Shown: positions 20,195-29,725 of the stretch, in pieces
How positions within the stretch are numbered: position 1 is the stretch's first letter
Layout: the number at the start of each line of letters is the position of its first letter
Assembly (NCBI GenBank): GCA_029259345.1
Contig: JAPDIX010000038.1
Span: 1 to 61,239 of the forward strand
Length of the DNA: 61,239 nt
Source of the DNA: Archaeoglobi archaeon
GTDB lineage: Archaea; Halobacteriota; Archaeoglobi; Archaeoglobales; Archaeoglobaceae
Reading direction: 5' to 3'
Translations under genes and position numbers: made by a program
Notes under the pieces: model-generated
Told to the model about the DNA's origin: nothing
Seen by the model: only the letters and a program-made list of their open reading frames with translations
Databases searched by the model: none

Positions 20195-21096
20195 TAAGAA
20201 TCCAGAAAGAGGAAAGGGAACCCGTGCAACCCGTGAAATTCGATTTAAAGGAATTTTACGAGAAATACAAAGAGGAATTTAAAGAATGGCTTTATAAAAA
20301 AATTAGCAAAGATACAGCAAACAAATATCTGAAGGCTATTGACGATTATCTACCTTCAGGAATCTCAGAACCTAAAGATCTTGCTCCTCATGTTACAAAA
20401 ACCAAATATCTCCCTTTGGGTATCAGGAATTTCTTAAATTTCCTGGAATATCAATATTACATGACTGAACTGGCTGGCTTTTCTTTTGACATTTGGAGGA
20501 AATACCTGCCAACTAAAACAGGAAAGAAAAAAGGAGGAAAGAAGTATATAACCGATAAACACATAAAACAGGCCTATAAGCTGATAAAGGAAAAATGGAA
20601 GGATCCAGTAACGGAAGACCTGTTTAAGTTAATGGTTTACTCAGGAATCTGTTATGAGCATGCTTATAAGCTGTTTAAAACTTTTGATCCTAAAAAACTG
20701 GTTTTCGAAAATAGTTTTGCCATGTATCCTATTGAGGAATTAACTGGAGCTTATGAAGGTGAAGGAACCAAAGAAGGATATATGGCCTTCATGCCTGCTG
20801 AATTTGCCAGGAAACTTGAAAGGCCTAAAAAAATGCTTTCTGTTGGATCCTATAAAGGCCGTTTAAATCCTGGCAGTTAGAAGTCTCCAGAAGATAATCC
20901 AGTAACTCCAGTTAGGATAAGATCCTGGTTCCAAATGCTGGCCAGAAGGCTTGAACTGGATCCTGATGCTGTTGAATTCATGGTTGGCCATGCTCCTGCA
21001 ACTGTTGCCAGCAAACACTATTTAGATAGGCTTGATCTGGCAATAAAAGAATATCCAAAAATAGTTAAGGAGCTTAAGAAGCTGATACCTCCTTAA
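20188..21096 (+). pseudogene. Tyrosine integrase C-terminal part (intC), inactivated
   Basis: The frame continues past TAG (20878-20880) into RIRSWF...FMVGH...SKHYL to TAA at 21094-21096. The catalytic Arg position reads SGIC (TGT). Confidence 0.85.
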
Positions 21097-21148
21097 AGAT
21101 CAAAGAGATGATCCAGGCCTTAAAATGAAAAAATAAGGTTTAACTCTT

Positions 21149-21302
21149 TTATTTTTTCTCTTTCAGTTTATGACCCTTGGCCTTCATCAGGTTAATGAGC
21201 TTATCCTCATCAGTTGGATCCAGTTGAACATCATCAGGAAACTCAATCTCCAGATCTGCTATAACTTCTCCAGTTTCGTCAATTGCTGGCCTAATTTAAC
21301 AT
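21149..21302 (-). pseudogene. Small (~50 aa) acidic ORF of the element, apparently frameshifted just after its ATG
   Basis: Open frame IRPAIDETGEVIADLEIEFPDDVQLDPTDEDKLINLMKAKGHKLKEKK*. The upstream ATG at 21302 is one base out of frame (ATG TTA A ATT). Confidence 0.45.
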
Positions 21303-21349
21303 GGTTCCACAATAGCCCCCATTTATATACCGGGACAACAAGTAGTGTT

Positions 21350-21691
21350 ATGGAACGTCCAAAAACGTCTGTGAACGTCCACAAATCCTCATCAGAAAAG
21401 TCATCTCAGAAGGCTCAAAATCAAAAAAGAAAGCCTCCAAGGAGAAATAAGAAAAGGATGACAATTTGGTTTAAACCTGAAGTCTACGACTGGCTGAAAA
21501 AGAATGTCTCTAATGTATCCGAATTCCTCAATCAGCTTGTAGAATCGGTGAAAAGCCAAGTTCAACCAGCAGTCATCTTAATTTCCAAAATAGACACGGG
21601 CCGGGAGGGATTTGAACCCCCGACTGCGGGATTAAGAGTCCCGCGCTCTGCCTGGCTAAGCTACCGGCCCTTTTTGGTTTGGTTTTGTTAG
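21350..21691 (+). CDS. Integrase N-terminal part (intN) with ribbon-helix-helix-like domain, reading antisense through tRNA-Lys
   Basis: ATG 21350 follows TTTATATA (21322-21329). KKRMTIWFKPEVYDWLKKNVSNVSEFLNQLVE is RHH-like; GREGFEPPTAGLR is the translated antisense tRNA. Confidence 0.75.
   Translation: MERPKTSVNVHKSSSEKSSQKAQNQKRKPPRRNKKRMTIWFKPEVYDWLKKNVSNVSEFLNQLVESVKSQVQPAVILISKIDTGREGFEPPTAGLRVPRSAWLSYRPFLVWFC
21597..21670 (-). tRNA. tRNA-Lys (anticodon CTT), no intron, CCA not encoded
   Basis: GGGCCGG/CCGGCCC acceptor stem, GCGGGA-CT-CTT-AA-TCCCGC anticodon arm, GGTTCAAATCC T-loop. Confidence 0.97.
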
Positions 21692-21697
21692 TTGGGT

Positions 21698-23764
21698 TTA
21701 TAGACTTAACGCCCTTAACTGCTCAAAAACCTTCGCAGCTATACCTTTTCCTATCAGTCTCTCAACCCTCTCTCTGCTTCTGGCCATATCCTCTAAGTTT
21801 GTTATTCCTGCATCATACAGCTTTCTTGCCCTCACTCTTCCCACGTACTTTACCCTCACCAGATCGAGAAGCTCCCCCCTCACGCCATACTTTATCCTCT
21901 CAGTCAGACCAGCAATGCTTTTGTTCCCGAACTCTTCAGCTATTCTGCTCATTGCATTGCTGAGCCACTCTGCAGTTTCAACTATCCTCCTCAGATCGCC
22001 CGGGGCTATCGAATATCTCTCGCATATTCTGTCCTCATCCACCTCTTCAATCCAGTCTTTAAGACAGAGAGCAGTCTTCATCTCCGAAAGGAACCAGTCA
22101 TATTCAGCCGAAAAGTCAGATGGGTAGTATGTGAGTTCATTCCTCAACCTGAAAGCCTCCTCCTCAACCCAAGAATCTGATTTTCTCACACTCAGCCTCT
22201 CCATGTCTGGTGTTCTGCATATCAGGTGTAGTGCTCCAATATCGCTAACCTTCTCTCTGCTAAGAACATCATAGAATATGAAACCGGTCAGTGGGTCAAT
22301 ATATAGCTTTGAGACGAGAGTTCCAAGTTTTGTCGGCACCAGAACATCCTCCTCCTTGATCATTTCCCAGTTTTCGAGCTGTCTGACAACTCTCTCAAGT
22401 TCGTAGCTGAGTGAAATTTCGTTCTGCTTGAAAAAGAAGGTGTCAGCAAAGAAGTCCTCAAGCTCTTCAATTGTCTTGGCATAACCATCGCAGATGATGG
22501 AAAGGCTGTGAAACCTGAGATTGGTTTCAACCCCCAGCTTTGATGTTATCTTCTCAGGTTCGCCGAAAATGTACCTCTGTACTGCCATCTCCCTGTCTCT
22601 GATATTCACACACAGAATTGCCTCTCCGTATTCATCCATCCCCGGTCTTCCTGCCCTACCCGCCATCTGCTTGCATTCTGCAACCTTTATTCTCCTCGAA
22701 AAACCGTCGAATCTGTATATGCTCCTGATTACCACCCTTCTGGCAGGTAGATTAACCCCTGCTGCAAGCGTCGGTGTGGCAACCACTACCTTTATGTTCC
22801 CATTCCTGAAAGCGTCCTCTACTATTTTCCTTTGACTATTCAGCAGACCGGCATGATGGAAGGCTGAACCTTTTTTTGCACATTCTGCAAGTTTTCTACT
22901 CATTTCCCCCTCGTTTTCTTCAAGCAAATCCCTCTCAATCCACTCGTTCTTCACGTACTTCCCTGTTATTTCCGAAAGCTTTAATGCGGTCTTTTCAGCC
23001 CCTTTCCGCGTCGATTCAAAAACGAGAACACCTCCCTCCTCAGCCACAGTCTCTTCAACGAGTTCCTCGAACTTTTTTCTCGCTGAGTTGCTGAATCCAT
23101 AATCTGAAAAAATCTCAAGACTGTTTCCACACAAAATACCCTCATATAGCGGAACTGGTCTCCAGTCACTCGCATAGTATTCAGCATCAAGCCAGTCTGC
23201 TATCTCATCAACATTTGGAGCAGTTGCTGAAAGGCCGATAATCCTTAAATTACTGTTCATCTTTCTCATCTTTGTCACAAGAATCTCAAGCGTGGCTCCT
23301 CTCTTTTCTGAGTCCAGCAAATGTAGCTCATCTATAACAAGACATGTAATCCTCCCAGCCCATCCGGCTCTGTTTCTTATCAGGGAATCTGCCTTTTCAC
23401 TCGTCGTTACAATTATATCGCAGTCTGCAAGATGTTCATCCCTCGCCTCATAATCTCCCGTCGAAATGCCAATTCTAAGCCCTATCTTATTCCATCTCTT
23501 GAAGCTCTCGTATTTTTCACTGGCTAAAGCCCTCAATGGGACTACGTAAAGGCTTTTACCACCTTTAATAGCCTCCCTCACCATTGCAAGCTCGGCGAGA
23601 AGAGTTTTGCCGGCTGCAGTCGGCATTGCAAGCAGCAGGTTTTTGGATGAAAAGATTTTCCCGACTACTTCTGCTTGAGGTGGAAAAAGCTCTTCAATCC
23701 CCTCATCCTTCAGCACCTTAACACCGTAACTCGAAATATACTCTGAAAGCTCCTTAACCTTCAC
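21698..23764 (-). CDS. hel308: Ski2-like ATP-dependent DNA helicase Hel308/Hjm
   Basis: [46 protein letters not shown]. Confidence 0.96.
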   Translation of the reverse strand: MKVKELSEYISSYGVKVLKDEGIEELFPPQAEVVGKIFSSKNLLLAMPTAAGKTLLAELAMVREAIKGGKSLYVVPLRALASEKYESFKRWNKIGLRIGISTGDYEARDEHLADCDIIVTTSEKADSLIRNRAGWAGRITCLVIDELHLLDSEKRGATLEILVTKMRKMNSNLRIIGLSATAPNVDEIADWLDAEYYASDWRPVPLYEGILCGNSLEIFSDYGFSNSARKKFEELVEETVAEEGGVLVFESTRKGAEKTALKLSEITGKYVKNEWIERDLLEENEGEMSRKLAECAKKGSAFHHAGLLNSQRKIVEDAFRNGNIKVVVATPTLAAGVNLPARRVVIRSIYRFDGFSRRIKVAECKQMAGRAGRPGMDEYGEAILCVNIRDREMAVQRYIFGEPEKITSKLGVETNLRFHSLSIICDGYAKTIEELEDFFADTFFFKQNEISLSYELERVVRQLENWEMIKEEDVLVPTKLGTLVSKLYIDPLTGFIFYDVLSREKVSDIGALHLICRTPDMERLSVRKSDSWVEEEAFRLRNELTYYPSDFSAEYDWFLSEMKTALCLKDWIEEVDEDRICERYSIAPGDLRRIVETAEWLSNAMSRIAEEFGNKSIAGLTERIKYGVRGELLDLVRVKYVGRVRARKLYDAGITNLEDMARSRERVERLIGKGIAAKVFEQLRALSL

Positions 23765-23838
23765 TGAAACCTAATCAACGGCTGGGAAATAAATGTTATC
23801 CTGAGAAATGTTAAATATCCATGTCTTTAAATTTGAAC

Positions 23839-24540
23839 ATGGAATTCAGTTTCGGTGATAAAAAATTCAGCGCTGAGGTGAGAAGAGCTTCTGATTTAAA
23901 GCCTGTTCTTGCCTTTCCGGATAAGCTCAAGGAAGACTTCGATGCTTACTATATGTTCAGAGACTCCTACAAGAATGAGAGTGACAGGGAGAAAATAGAA
24001 GAGGCCGGGCTGAGATACGATTACACAGTTATCCCCCCGAACAATATCGGAGGGGAGAGCATAAAGACCTATGGACACTACCACCCTGAGGTCGTGGATG
24101 GAATTACATACCCTGAGGTCTATCAGGTTCTTGAGGGTGAGACACTTTTCCTAATCCAGAAAAGAGAAGACAACAAGATTGTCGAGGTCTTGGTTGTGGT
24201 GGCGAAAGAGGGTGATGTGGTTATAGTGCCACCAAACTGTGGCCATGTAACAATAAATCCAACAGAAAAGAACTTAATCACTGCAAACTGGATATGCAGA
24301 GACTTCAAGTCAATATACGGACCTTACACTGAAAAGAGAGGTGCCTGTTACTACTACATCAACGGGAAGTGGGTCAAAAATGAGAACTATGGAGAAGTGC
24401 CCGAGCTAAAAGTTGTAAGACCTATGAACGTCTTGGGTGTCCAAGGAGACATGTATTCACTCGTTAATGACATCAAGAAGCTCGAGTTTCTTACAAAGCC
24501 ACAGAATTATATGGAATTGTTCAAAAGGTGTTTTCAATAA
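23839..24540 (+). CDS. pgiA: Cupin-type glucose-6-phosphate isomerase
   Basis: KTYGHYH...YPEVYQVLEG...VPP-x2-GHVTIN. Confidence 0.85.
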   Translation: MEFSFGDKKFSAEVRRASDLKPVLAFPDKLKEDFDAYYMFRDSYKNESDREKIEEAGLRYDYTVIPPNNIGGESIKTYGHYHPEVVDGITYPEVYQVLEGETLFLIQKREDNKIVEVLVVVAKEGDVVIVPPNCGHVTINPTEKNLITANWICRDFKSIYGPYTEKRGACYYYINGKWVKNENYGEVPELKVVRPMNVLGVQGDMYSLVNDIKKLEFLTKPQNYMELFKRCFQ

Positions 24541-24564
24541 AAAAATAATAGATGTTAAAATTGT

Positions 24565-24768
24565 TTACATGGAGAGAGCAAGCTTAATGTCGTCTGCTGT
24601 AACGGTCTTTCTGCCAGAGTGCTTCGCAATTTCGACTGCTCTCTTAGCCACGGTCAGCGCATAGTCCTCAAGCACTTCGACCATCTTTTCCACTGCATCT
24701 GCACTTACTCTCTCAGCCCCAGCCTTCCTAATCAATCTGTCAACCGGTGCCATCGGCAACTCAGCCAT
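24565..24768 (-). CDS. Archaeal histone (HMf family)
   Basis: [22 protein letters not shown]...[24 protein letters not shown]. Confidence 0.97.
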   Translation of the reverse strand: MAELPMAPVDRLIRKAGAERVSADAVEKMVEVLEDYALTVAKRAVEIAKHSGRKTVTADDIKLALSM

Positions 24769-24981
24769 CCAACACACCTCCTATCTCTTTTCGTTACATA
24801 ATTTAGTATTAGGTATATATATACTTTTCTATCGAACTTCCCTCAGAACATTATTTTCTGGATCTCATGTTGTCTGGAAGGTCAGAAGTTGAAACGAAGT
24901 CAACCCCTTTAACCAGAAGGCGGTCAGGAGAAAAATGAAAATGACAAAAAGAAAATATGTTTAAAAATTTAAAATTTATAT

Positions 24982-25302
24982 TTAACCGAAGAGAGCACCA
25001 AGACCTTCAATTGCTTCCTCTTCCTTAGCCTCCTCTTCTTCCTCCTCTTCCTCTTTTGCCTCTTCTTTTGCCTCTTCAGCTGGAGCGGCCGCTGCAGTAG
25101 CAGCTACTGGAGCAGCAGCCATTGGCATAGCAGCCTTCTGGATTGCCTCGTCAATGTTCACACCCTCAAGGGCGGCAACAAGAGCTTTGACTCTTGCCTC
25201 GTCTACTTCAACGCCCGCTGCCTCAAGAACAGCCTTTACACTGTCCTCTGTTATTTCTTTACCGGCGGAGTGTAGCAGGAGAGCCGCATACACATACTCC
25301 AT
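24982..25302 (-). CDS. rpl12: 50S ribosomal protein L12 (aP1)
   Basis: [11 protein letters not shown], Ala-rich hinge, acidic tail ending GLGALFG. Confidence 0.97.
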   Translation of the reverse strand: MEYVYAALLLHSAGKEITEDSVKAVLEAAGVEVDEARVKALVAALEGVNIDEAIQKAAMPMAAAPVAATAAAAPAEEAKEEAKEEEEEEEEAKEEEAIEGLGALFG

Positions 25303-25317
25303 ACCTCAACACCTCCT

Positions 25318-26343
25318 TTAACCAAATAATGTTCCTAAACCTTCAATTGCTTCCTCTTCTTTAGCTTCTTCTTCCTCCTCTTCTTCTTCCTCGACCTCTT
25401 CCTCCTCTTCTTTCTTCTCCTCCTCAGCTGGAGCATGAGCTACAGTCTGAACCAAGCCAGAGAGCATGGATTTTAGTTCTTCATCAAGAGCCTCATCACC
25501 GAGATTTGAGGCGAGGGCAAGCATCTCAGAATGTGCTTTTGCAAGCAAGTCCTCTATAACACCCTTAGCAAAGATTCCAGCATTTAATGCCAGATTCCTT
25601 GCGTCATTGAAAGCTTTGATTATCAGTATCTCAGCCGTCTCCTCAGTTACATAGGCAGCATTCACCGCAAGATTTAGAGCCGTCTGATATGCATTCTGGA
25701 AGTCCTCGAAAACCTTCTCAGTATCTATGGCAAGCACATCCGGTGTTAGAACTACACTAGAATCAAGGATGGCCTTTACGTCAAGACCGATCTTAATCGG
25801 CTTTATATCGAGTCTTTCAAGAGCTCTCGCTACTTCTGGCTTTACAACCTCTCCGGCTTTTACAACAGTAGTTGTTGCTTTAACGACCACTTTGCCCTTC
25901 TCAATCGCAACTGGCAGTCCTGCCATCTGAAGCTCAGCCATCATTGGGCCAGGAGGAATTGGAGTGGGACCTTGTTCAATAACGACATCAATTGGTGAAA
26001 CCTGATTTGGTTTTAGAGGTGAAGGGACCTTTGTGTCCTCCACCATCTTGTAAAGTTTGAAGGGGTTCTCATCAGTAGCAATTATCGCAATCTGATCACC
26101 CAAAAACTCTTTGAGCTTTGAATAATCCCCGCCCAAACCGTCAAGGGCTCTTTCAAGAAGGGTATTTTTCACAACCTTCATCTCTGCTTTTCCTTTGAAG
26201 TCTCTCCTTATCTTCTGCATCTGCCCAGCGGGAACGTTTCTGAATCCAACTATAGCCACGACAGGATGTGATGATATCAGCTTCTTAAGTTCTTCAACAG
26301 TCTGAATCTTCCATTTTGGCGGTGAACCTCTAATTGCTGCCAT
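25318..26343 (-). CDS. rplP0: 50S ribosomal protein L10 (aP0)
   Basis: KVVKNTL, GPTPIPPGP, acidic tail ending GLGTLFG. Confidence 0.97.
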   Translation of the reverse strand: MAAIRGSPPKWKIQTVEELKKLISSHPVVAIVGFRNVPAGQMQKIRRDFKGKAEMKVVKNTLLERALDGLGGDYSKLKEFLGDQIAIIATDENPFKLYKMVEDTKVPSPLKPNQVSPIDVVIEQGPTPIPPGPMMAELQMAGLPVAIEKGKVVVKATTTVVKAGEVVKPEVARALERLDIKPIKIGLDVKAILDSSVVLTPDVLAIDTEKVFEDFQNAYQTALNLAVNAAYVTEETAEILIIKAFNDARNLALNAGIFAKGVIEDLLAKAHSEMLALASNLGDEALDEELKSMLSGLVQTVAHAPAEEEKKEEEEEVEEEEEEEEEAKEEEAIEGLGTLFG

Positions 26344-26991
26344 TTACACCACCCTCACTGCAGGACCCATTGTTGTTTTAACATACACCGACTTTACTAC
26401 CTGAGATGGATTATCATACTTGTTCTCCACGACTTTTAAAATTTCAAGTGCATTGTCAGCGAGTTTCTCAGGCTCCATGTCTCTTCTCCCTATCGGTGCA
26501 TGGAACGTCAGTCTGTCTCTTGTTCTTATCCTTACAGAATTTCTCAGTCTGTCTACGAAGGGTTTGGGATCAGCGAGAGGCGGTATGGGCTGCGGTATTT
26601 TTCCTCTTGGACCGAGTATCGGACCGAGTTTTCTACCAATTTCTGGCATAAGAGGGGCTTCAGCTATGAAGAAGTCTATTGAGTTTGCAAGTTTTTTCCC
26701 CTGTCTCTTATTCTTTGCAAGCTCATCAATCTCCTCAGGAGTAATGACAACGTCTGCTCCAGCTTCCTTTGCCTTTAAAGCTGTCTCACCCTTGGCAAAA
26801 ACGCCAATTTTTCTCGGCTTTCCGAGTCCATGTGGTAGAGTCACGACAGCGTCAATTCTGTTTTCAGGCTTTTTCATATCCACATTTCTAAGATTTACTG
26901 CCATTTCCACCGTTTCAACGAATTTTCTTTCCTTAGCATTGTTTATTGCTTCTTCTATTGACTTTACGAGTTTATCTTTATCCACTATCAT
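26344..26991 (-). CDS. rpl1: 50S ribosomal protein L1
   Basis: RKFVETVE, LPHG, LGPILGPRGKIP, YVKTTMGP. Confidence 0.97.
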   Translation of the reverse strand: MIVDKDKLVKSIEEAINNAKERKFVETVEMAVNLRNVDMKKPENRIDAVVTLPHGLGKPRKIGVFAKGETALKAKEAGADVVITPEEIDELAKNKRQGKKLANSIDFFIAEAPLMPEIGRKLGPILGPRGKIPQPIPPLADPKPFVDRLRNSVRIRTRDRLTFHAPIGRRDMEPEKLADNALEILKVVENKYDNPSQVVKSVYVKTTMGPAVRVV

Positions 26992-27000
26992 TTTGTCACC

Positions 27001-27033
27001 TCCGTAGTCCCGACGGCCTCAGCCTCCTACGGA
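27001..27033 (-). promoter_or_regulatory. L1-binding autoregulatory mRNA hairpin in the rpl1 5' leader, overlapping the SD
   Basis: UCCGUAG-GA-GGC-UGAG-GCC-GUCGGGA-CUACGGA. The asymmetric loop resembles the L1 site, and the 3' stem overlaps SD GGAGGUGA (26996-27003). Confidence 0.75.
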
Positions 27034-27089
27034 CTCCTATGAGGGCAAGGGAGAGATATTTTAAGTTATCGGTTGGGGTTGAGTGTGGG

Positions 27090-27127
27090 TTTTTCTCACC
27101 ATCGAACCACCTCCAGCAGTAACCCAA
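27090..27127 (-). mobile_element. Relic of IS481/ISA0963-like transposase 3' end
   Basis: 27099-27127 is identical to 61135-61163 (29 bp) and translates as LGYCWRWFDGEK. Confidence 0.7.
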
Positions 27128-27268
27128 GTGGTTGACGGAAAAAACCGAGTGGGCGGATAAAATCGAAAGTAGAGATTTTGTGAGGGTAATTGGCAGAACC
27201 GCTCAAAATACGATAAAAGGTCAGTCTTATAAAGGCAAATGTTTTAATCCCTTTAACAATTTCTCACC

Positions 27269-29140
27269 ATGCTCAGTGATGTGGTCAGGGATGCAGAGGG
27301 TGAAAAAGTCTTTCTTCTTGGCAATGAGGGTATAGCAAGGGGAGCGATTGAGGCGGGGATTGATGTTTTCGCAGCATATCCCGGCACGCCGTCATCTGAA
27401 ATTGCTGACACTCTGAGCAATGCTTGCAGACTTCTGAGAGGAAGAATGGATTTTTACATGGAGTACTCCGCAAACGAGAAGGTGGCATTTGAGGTTGCTG
27501 TTGGAGCGTCTCTTGCCGGAAAAAGGGCTATGGCGACGATGAAGCATGTCGGTGTGAATGTTGCTGCAGATGCCCTTTTCAGCTTTGCCTACGTTGGTGC
27601 GAGAGGTGGGTTTGTTCTTGTCACTGCCGATGATCCCTCAATGCACAGCAGCCAGAACGAGCAGGACAACAGATGGTATGGGAAGGCAGCGAAGCTCCCT
27701 GTTGTGGAGCCATCAAGCGTTCAAGAGGCAAAGGACTACGCAAAGTTCTGCTTCGAGCTGTCCGAAAAATACGGCTTGCCGCTGATTCTGAGAACATATA
27801 CAAGGCTTAGCCATGCAAGCGGCATTGTTGAGCTTGGCAAAATCCCGGAGAAAGAATTGGAAAGAGTGGGGTGGGAAAAGCATCCAGAAACTGACGTCGT
27901 TCTGCCAGCCCATGCAAGAAGGTTAAAACCAATACTGCTTGAAAAGCTGAACAAAATTGAGGATTACTTTAACAAATCCGAAATGAACTGGGTTGAGGAA
28001 GGAGATGGGGATGTTGGTGTAGTTGTCTGCGGTCTCAGCTACGCTTACACGAAAGAGGCCATGGAAAATCTGGGAGTCAATCTCCCCATTCTAAAGCTTT
28101 CCTCGATGCATCCCTTGCCAGAAAAACTGATTGAAGATTTTGTCTCACAGATGAAGAAGGTCATAGTTGTTGAGGAGGTTGACCCCTTCGTTGAGCTTCA
28201 TGTAAGGGCACTGGGGATTGCGGAAGTTTACGGCAAGATGAACGGCTACATGCCAATGAACTATGAGTATAACATTCCAAAGGTCGAAGTGGGAATCGCA
28301 AAAGCTCTTGGAATAGAACCGAGCAGAGACTACGAGAAAATTATGAGCGTAGCCTCAAAAATAGCTGCAAAAGCGCCTCCAAGACCCCCGGTTCTTTGTC
28401 CAGGCTGTCCCCATTCAGCATCATTCTATGCGATAAGAAGGATTGTTGACGAGCTTGGAAACGCTGCACTACCGAGCGACATAGGCTGCTACACTCTCGG
28501 AATAAACAAGCCACTTGAGGGTGTAGATATAACCATCTGCATGGGCGCGAGTGTTGGAACTTCTAATGGGCTTGCTCACGTTTTGGAGGACGAAATCATC
28601 GCAACGATAGGTGACTCGACGTTCATACATGCAGGAATCCCGGCACTGGTTAACGCAGTTTACAACGATGCCAAGTTTGTCCTCGTCATCCTCGACAACT
28701 CTACCACCGGTATGACCGGACATCAGCCCCATCCAGGAACTGGTGTCAGAGGATGTGGTGAGAAAGGGAAGGCTGTGAAAATTGAGGATATTGTAAGGGG
28801 ATGTGGAGTTGAATTCGTTGAAGTTGTAAATCCGTACAACGTTAAGAAGATGATTGACACTCTCAGGAGGGCCTTGGAGCATAGAAGTGTTGCGGTTGTT
28901 ATTGCAAGACAGCCTTGTGCAATCCTGTGGACAAGAGCGAAAAGGAGAGAAGGTAAGAAAATAATCCCATATATGGTAACCGATGACTGTACACTGTGCA
29001 TGGAATGTGTTAACACCTTCGCCTGTCCAGCACTGATTTACGACGGAGAGCGGGTAGCAATTGACTCGGCACTCTGCGTTGGTTGTGCAGTCTGTGCAAA
29101 AATATGTCCGAATAAAGCGATAAAACCCAAGAAAAAGTAA
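27269..29140 (+). CDS. iorA: Indolepyruvate:ferredoxin oxidoreductase subunit alpha
   Basis: LLGNEGIARGA, YPGTPSSEI, MKHVGVNVA, SSQNEQD, LCPGCPH, DIGCY, GDST; C-terminal 2x[4Fe-4S]. Confidence 0.95.
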   Translation: MLSDVVRDAEGEKVFLLGNEGIARGAIEAGIDVFAAYPGTPSSEIADTLSNACRLLRGRMDFYMEYSANEKVAFEVAVGASLAGKRAMATMKHVGVNVAADALFSFAYVGARGGFVLVTADDPSMHSSQNEQDNRWYGKAAKLPVVEPSSVQEAKDYAKFCFELSEKYGLPLILRTYTRLSHASGIVELGKIPEKELERVGWEKHPETDVVLPAHARRLKPILLEKLNKIEDYFNKSEMNWVEEGDGDVGVVVCGLSYAYTKEAMENLGVNLPILKLSSMHPLPEKLIEDFVSQMKKVIVVEEVDPFVELHVRALGIAEVYGKMNGYMPMNYEYNIPKVEVGIAKALGIEPSRDYEKIMSVASKIAAKAPPRPPVLCPGCPHSASFYAIRRIVDELGNAALPSDIGCYTLGINKPLEGVDITICMGASVGTSNGLAHVLEDEIIATIGDSTFIHAGIPALVNAVYNDAKFVLVILDNSTTGMTGHQPHPGTGVRGCGEKGKAVKIEDIVRGCGVEFVEVVNPYNVKKMIDTLRRALEHRSVAVVIARQPCAILWTRAKRREGKKIIPYMVTDDCTLCMECVNTFACPALIYDGERVAIDSALCVGCAVCAKICPNKAIKPKKK

Positions 29141-29164
29141 TTAATCACAACACTTATTTAATTT

Positions 29165-29689
29165 ATGTATGAGCTTAGAAGGGCACTGATATTCGGAAGG
29201 TTCCAGCCTTTCCATTTTGGCCATCTCAATGTTGTTAAGTGGGCATTGGATGATTTCGATGAACTCGTTCTACTTGTTGGAATGGCAGATGAGAGTCACA
29301 CACTGCTCAACCCCTTTACTGCTGGAGAAAGAATATGGATGATCAGAGAGGCTTTAAAGGCAGAGGGTGTAAATTTAAGCAGGATTGTTACAGCCACAGT
29401 GCCGACCATGAGCGTTTATGTTGGAAATGCATTTTATATCATCAATCTTGTTCCCAAGATAAAGGCGATAATAACAAGGAATCCAGTTATAGCTCAGGTT
29501 TTCAGCGATGCGGGACTTGAAGTTATATCTCCTCCAGAGTTCGACAGAAGCAAGTTCAGAGGCAGTTACATAAGGAAGTTGATGCTGGAGGATGAAGAAT
29601 GGGAGAGTCTCGTTCCAAAGACTGTCGCTGAGATAATACACAGGATTGATGGTGTTGACAGGCTCAGAAGGGCTGCAAGTATGGATTAG
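29165..29689 (+). CDS. nadM: Nicotinamide-nucleotide adenylyltransferase
   Basis: GRFQPFHFGH, SHT-x2-NPFTAGER, G-x2-IR. Confidence 0.88.
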   Translation: MYELRRALIFGRFQPFHFGHLNVVKWALDDFDELVLLVGMADESHTLLNPFTAGERIWMIREALKAEGVNLSRIVTATVPTMSVYVGNAFYIINLVPKIKAIITRNPVIAQVFSDAGLEVISPPEFDRSKFRGSYIRKLMLEDEEWESLVPKTVAEIIHRIDGVDRLRRAASMD

Positions 29690-29725
29690 CAAAATTTTTA
29701 TGACTCCGCGAGAATGACTACACGA

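Larger units (their letters stand above)
20188..21637. mobile_element. Minimal tRNA-Lys-integrated element with partitioned SSV1-type integrase (intC ... intN)
   Basis: 12-bp direct repeat GCGGGATTAAGA at 20188-20199 and 21626-21637 (tRNA anticodon arm). AT-rich interior with integrase fragments at both ends. Confidence 0.85.

Noticed and set aside
20878-20880. In-frame TAG in the integrase as pyrrolysine or readthrough recoding
   Set aside because: A TGG-to-TAG transition is simpler, the catalytic Arg is also lost, and no pyl genes are in view.
24982-25380. Near-identical DNA at the 3' ends of rpl12 and rplP0
   Set aside because: This is the expected shared acidic C-terminal tail of archaeal stalk proteins.
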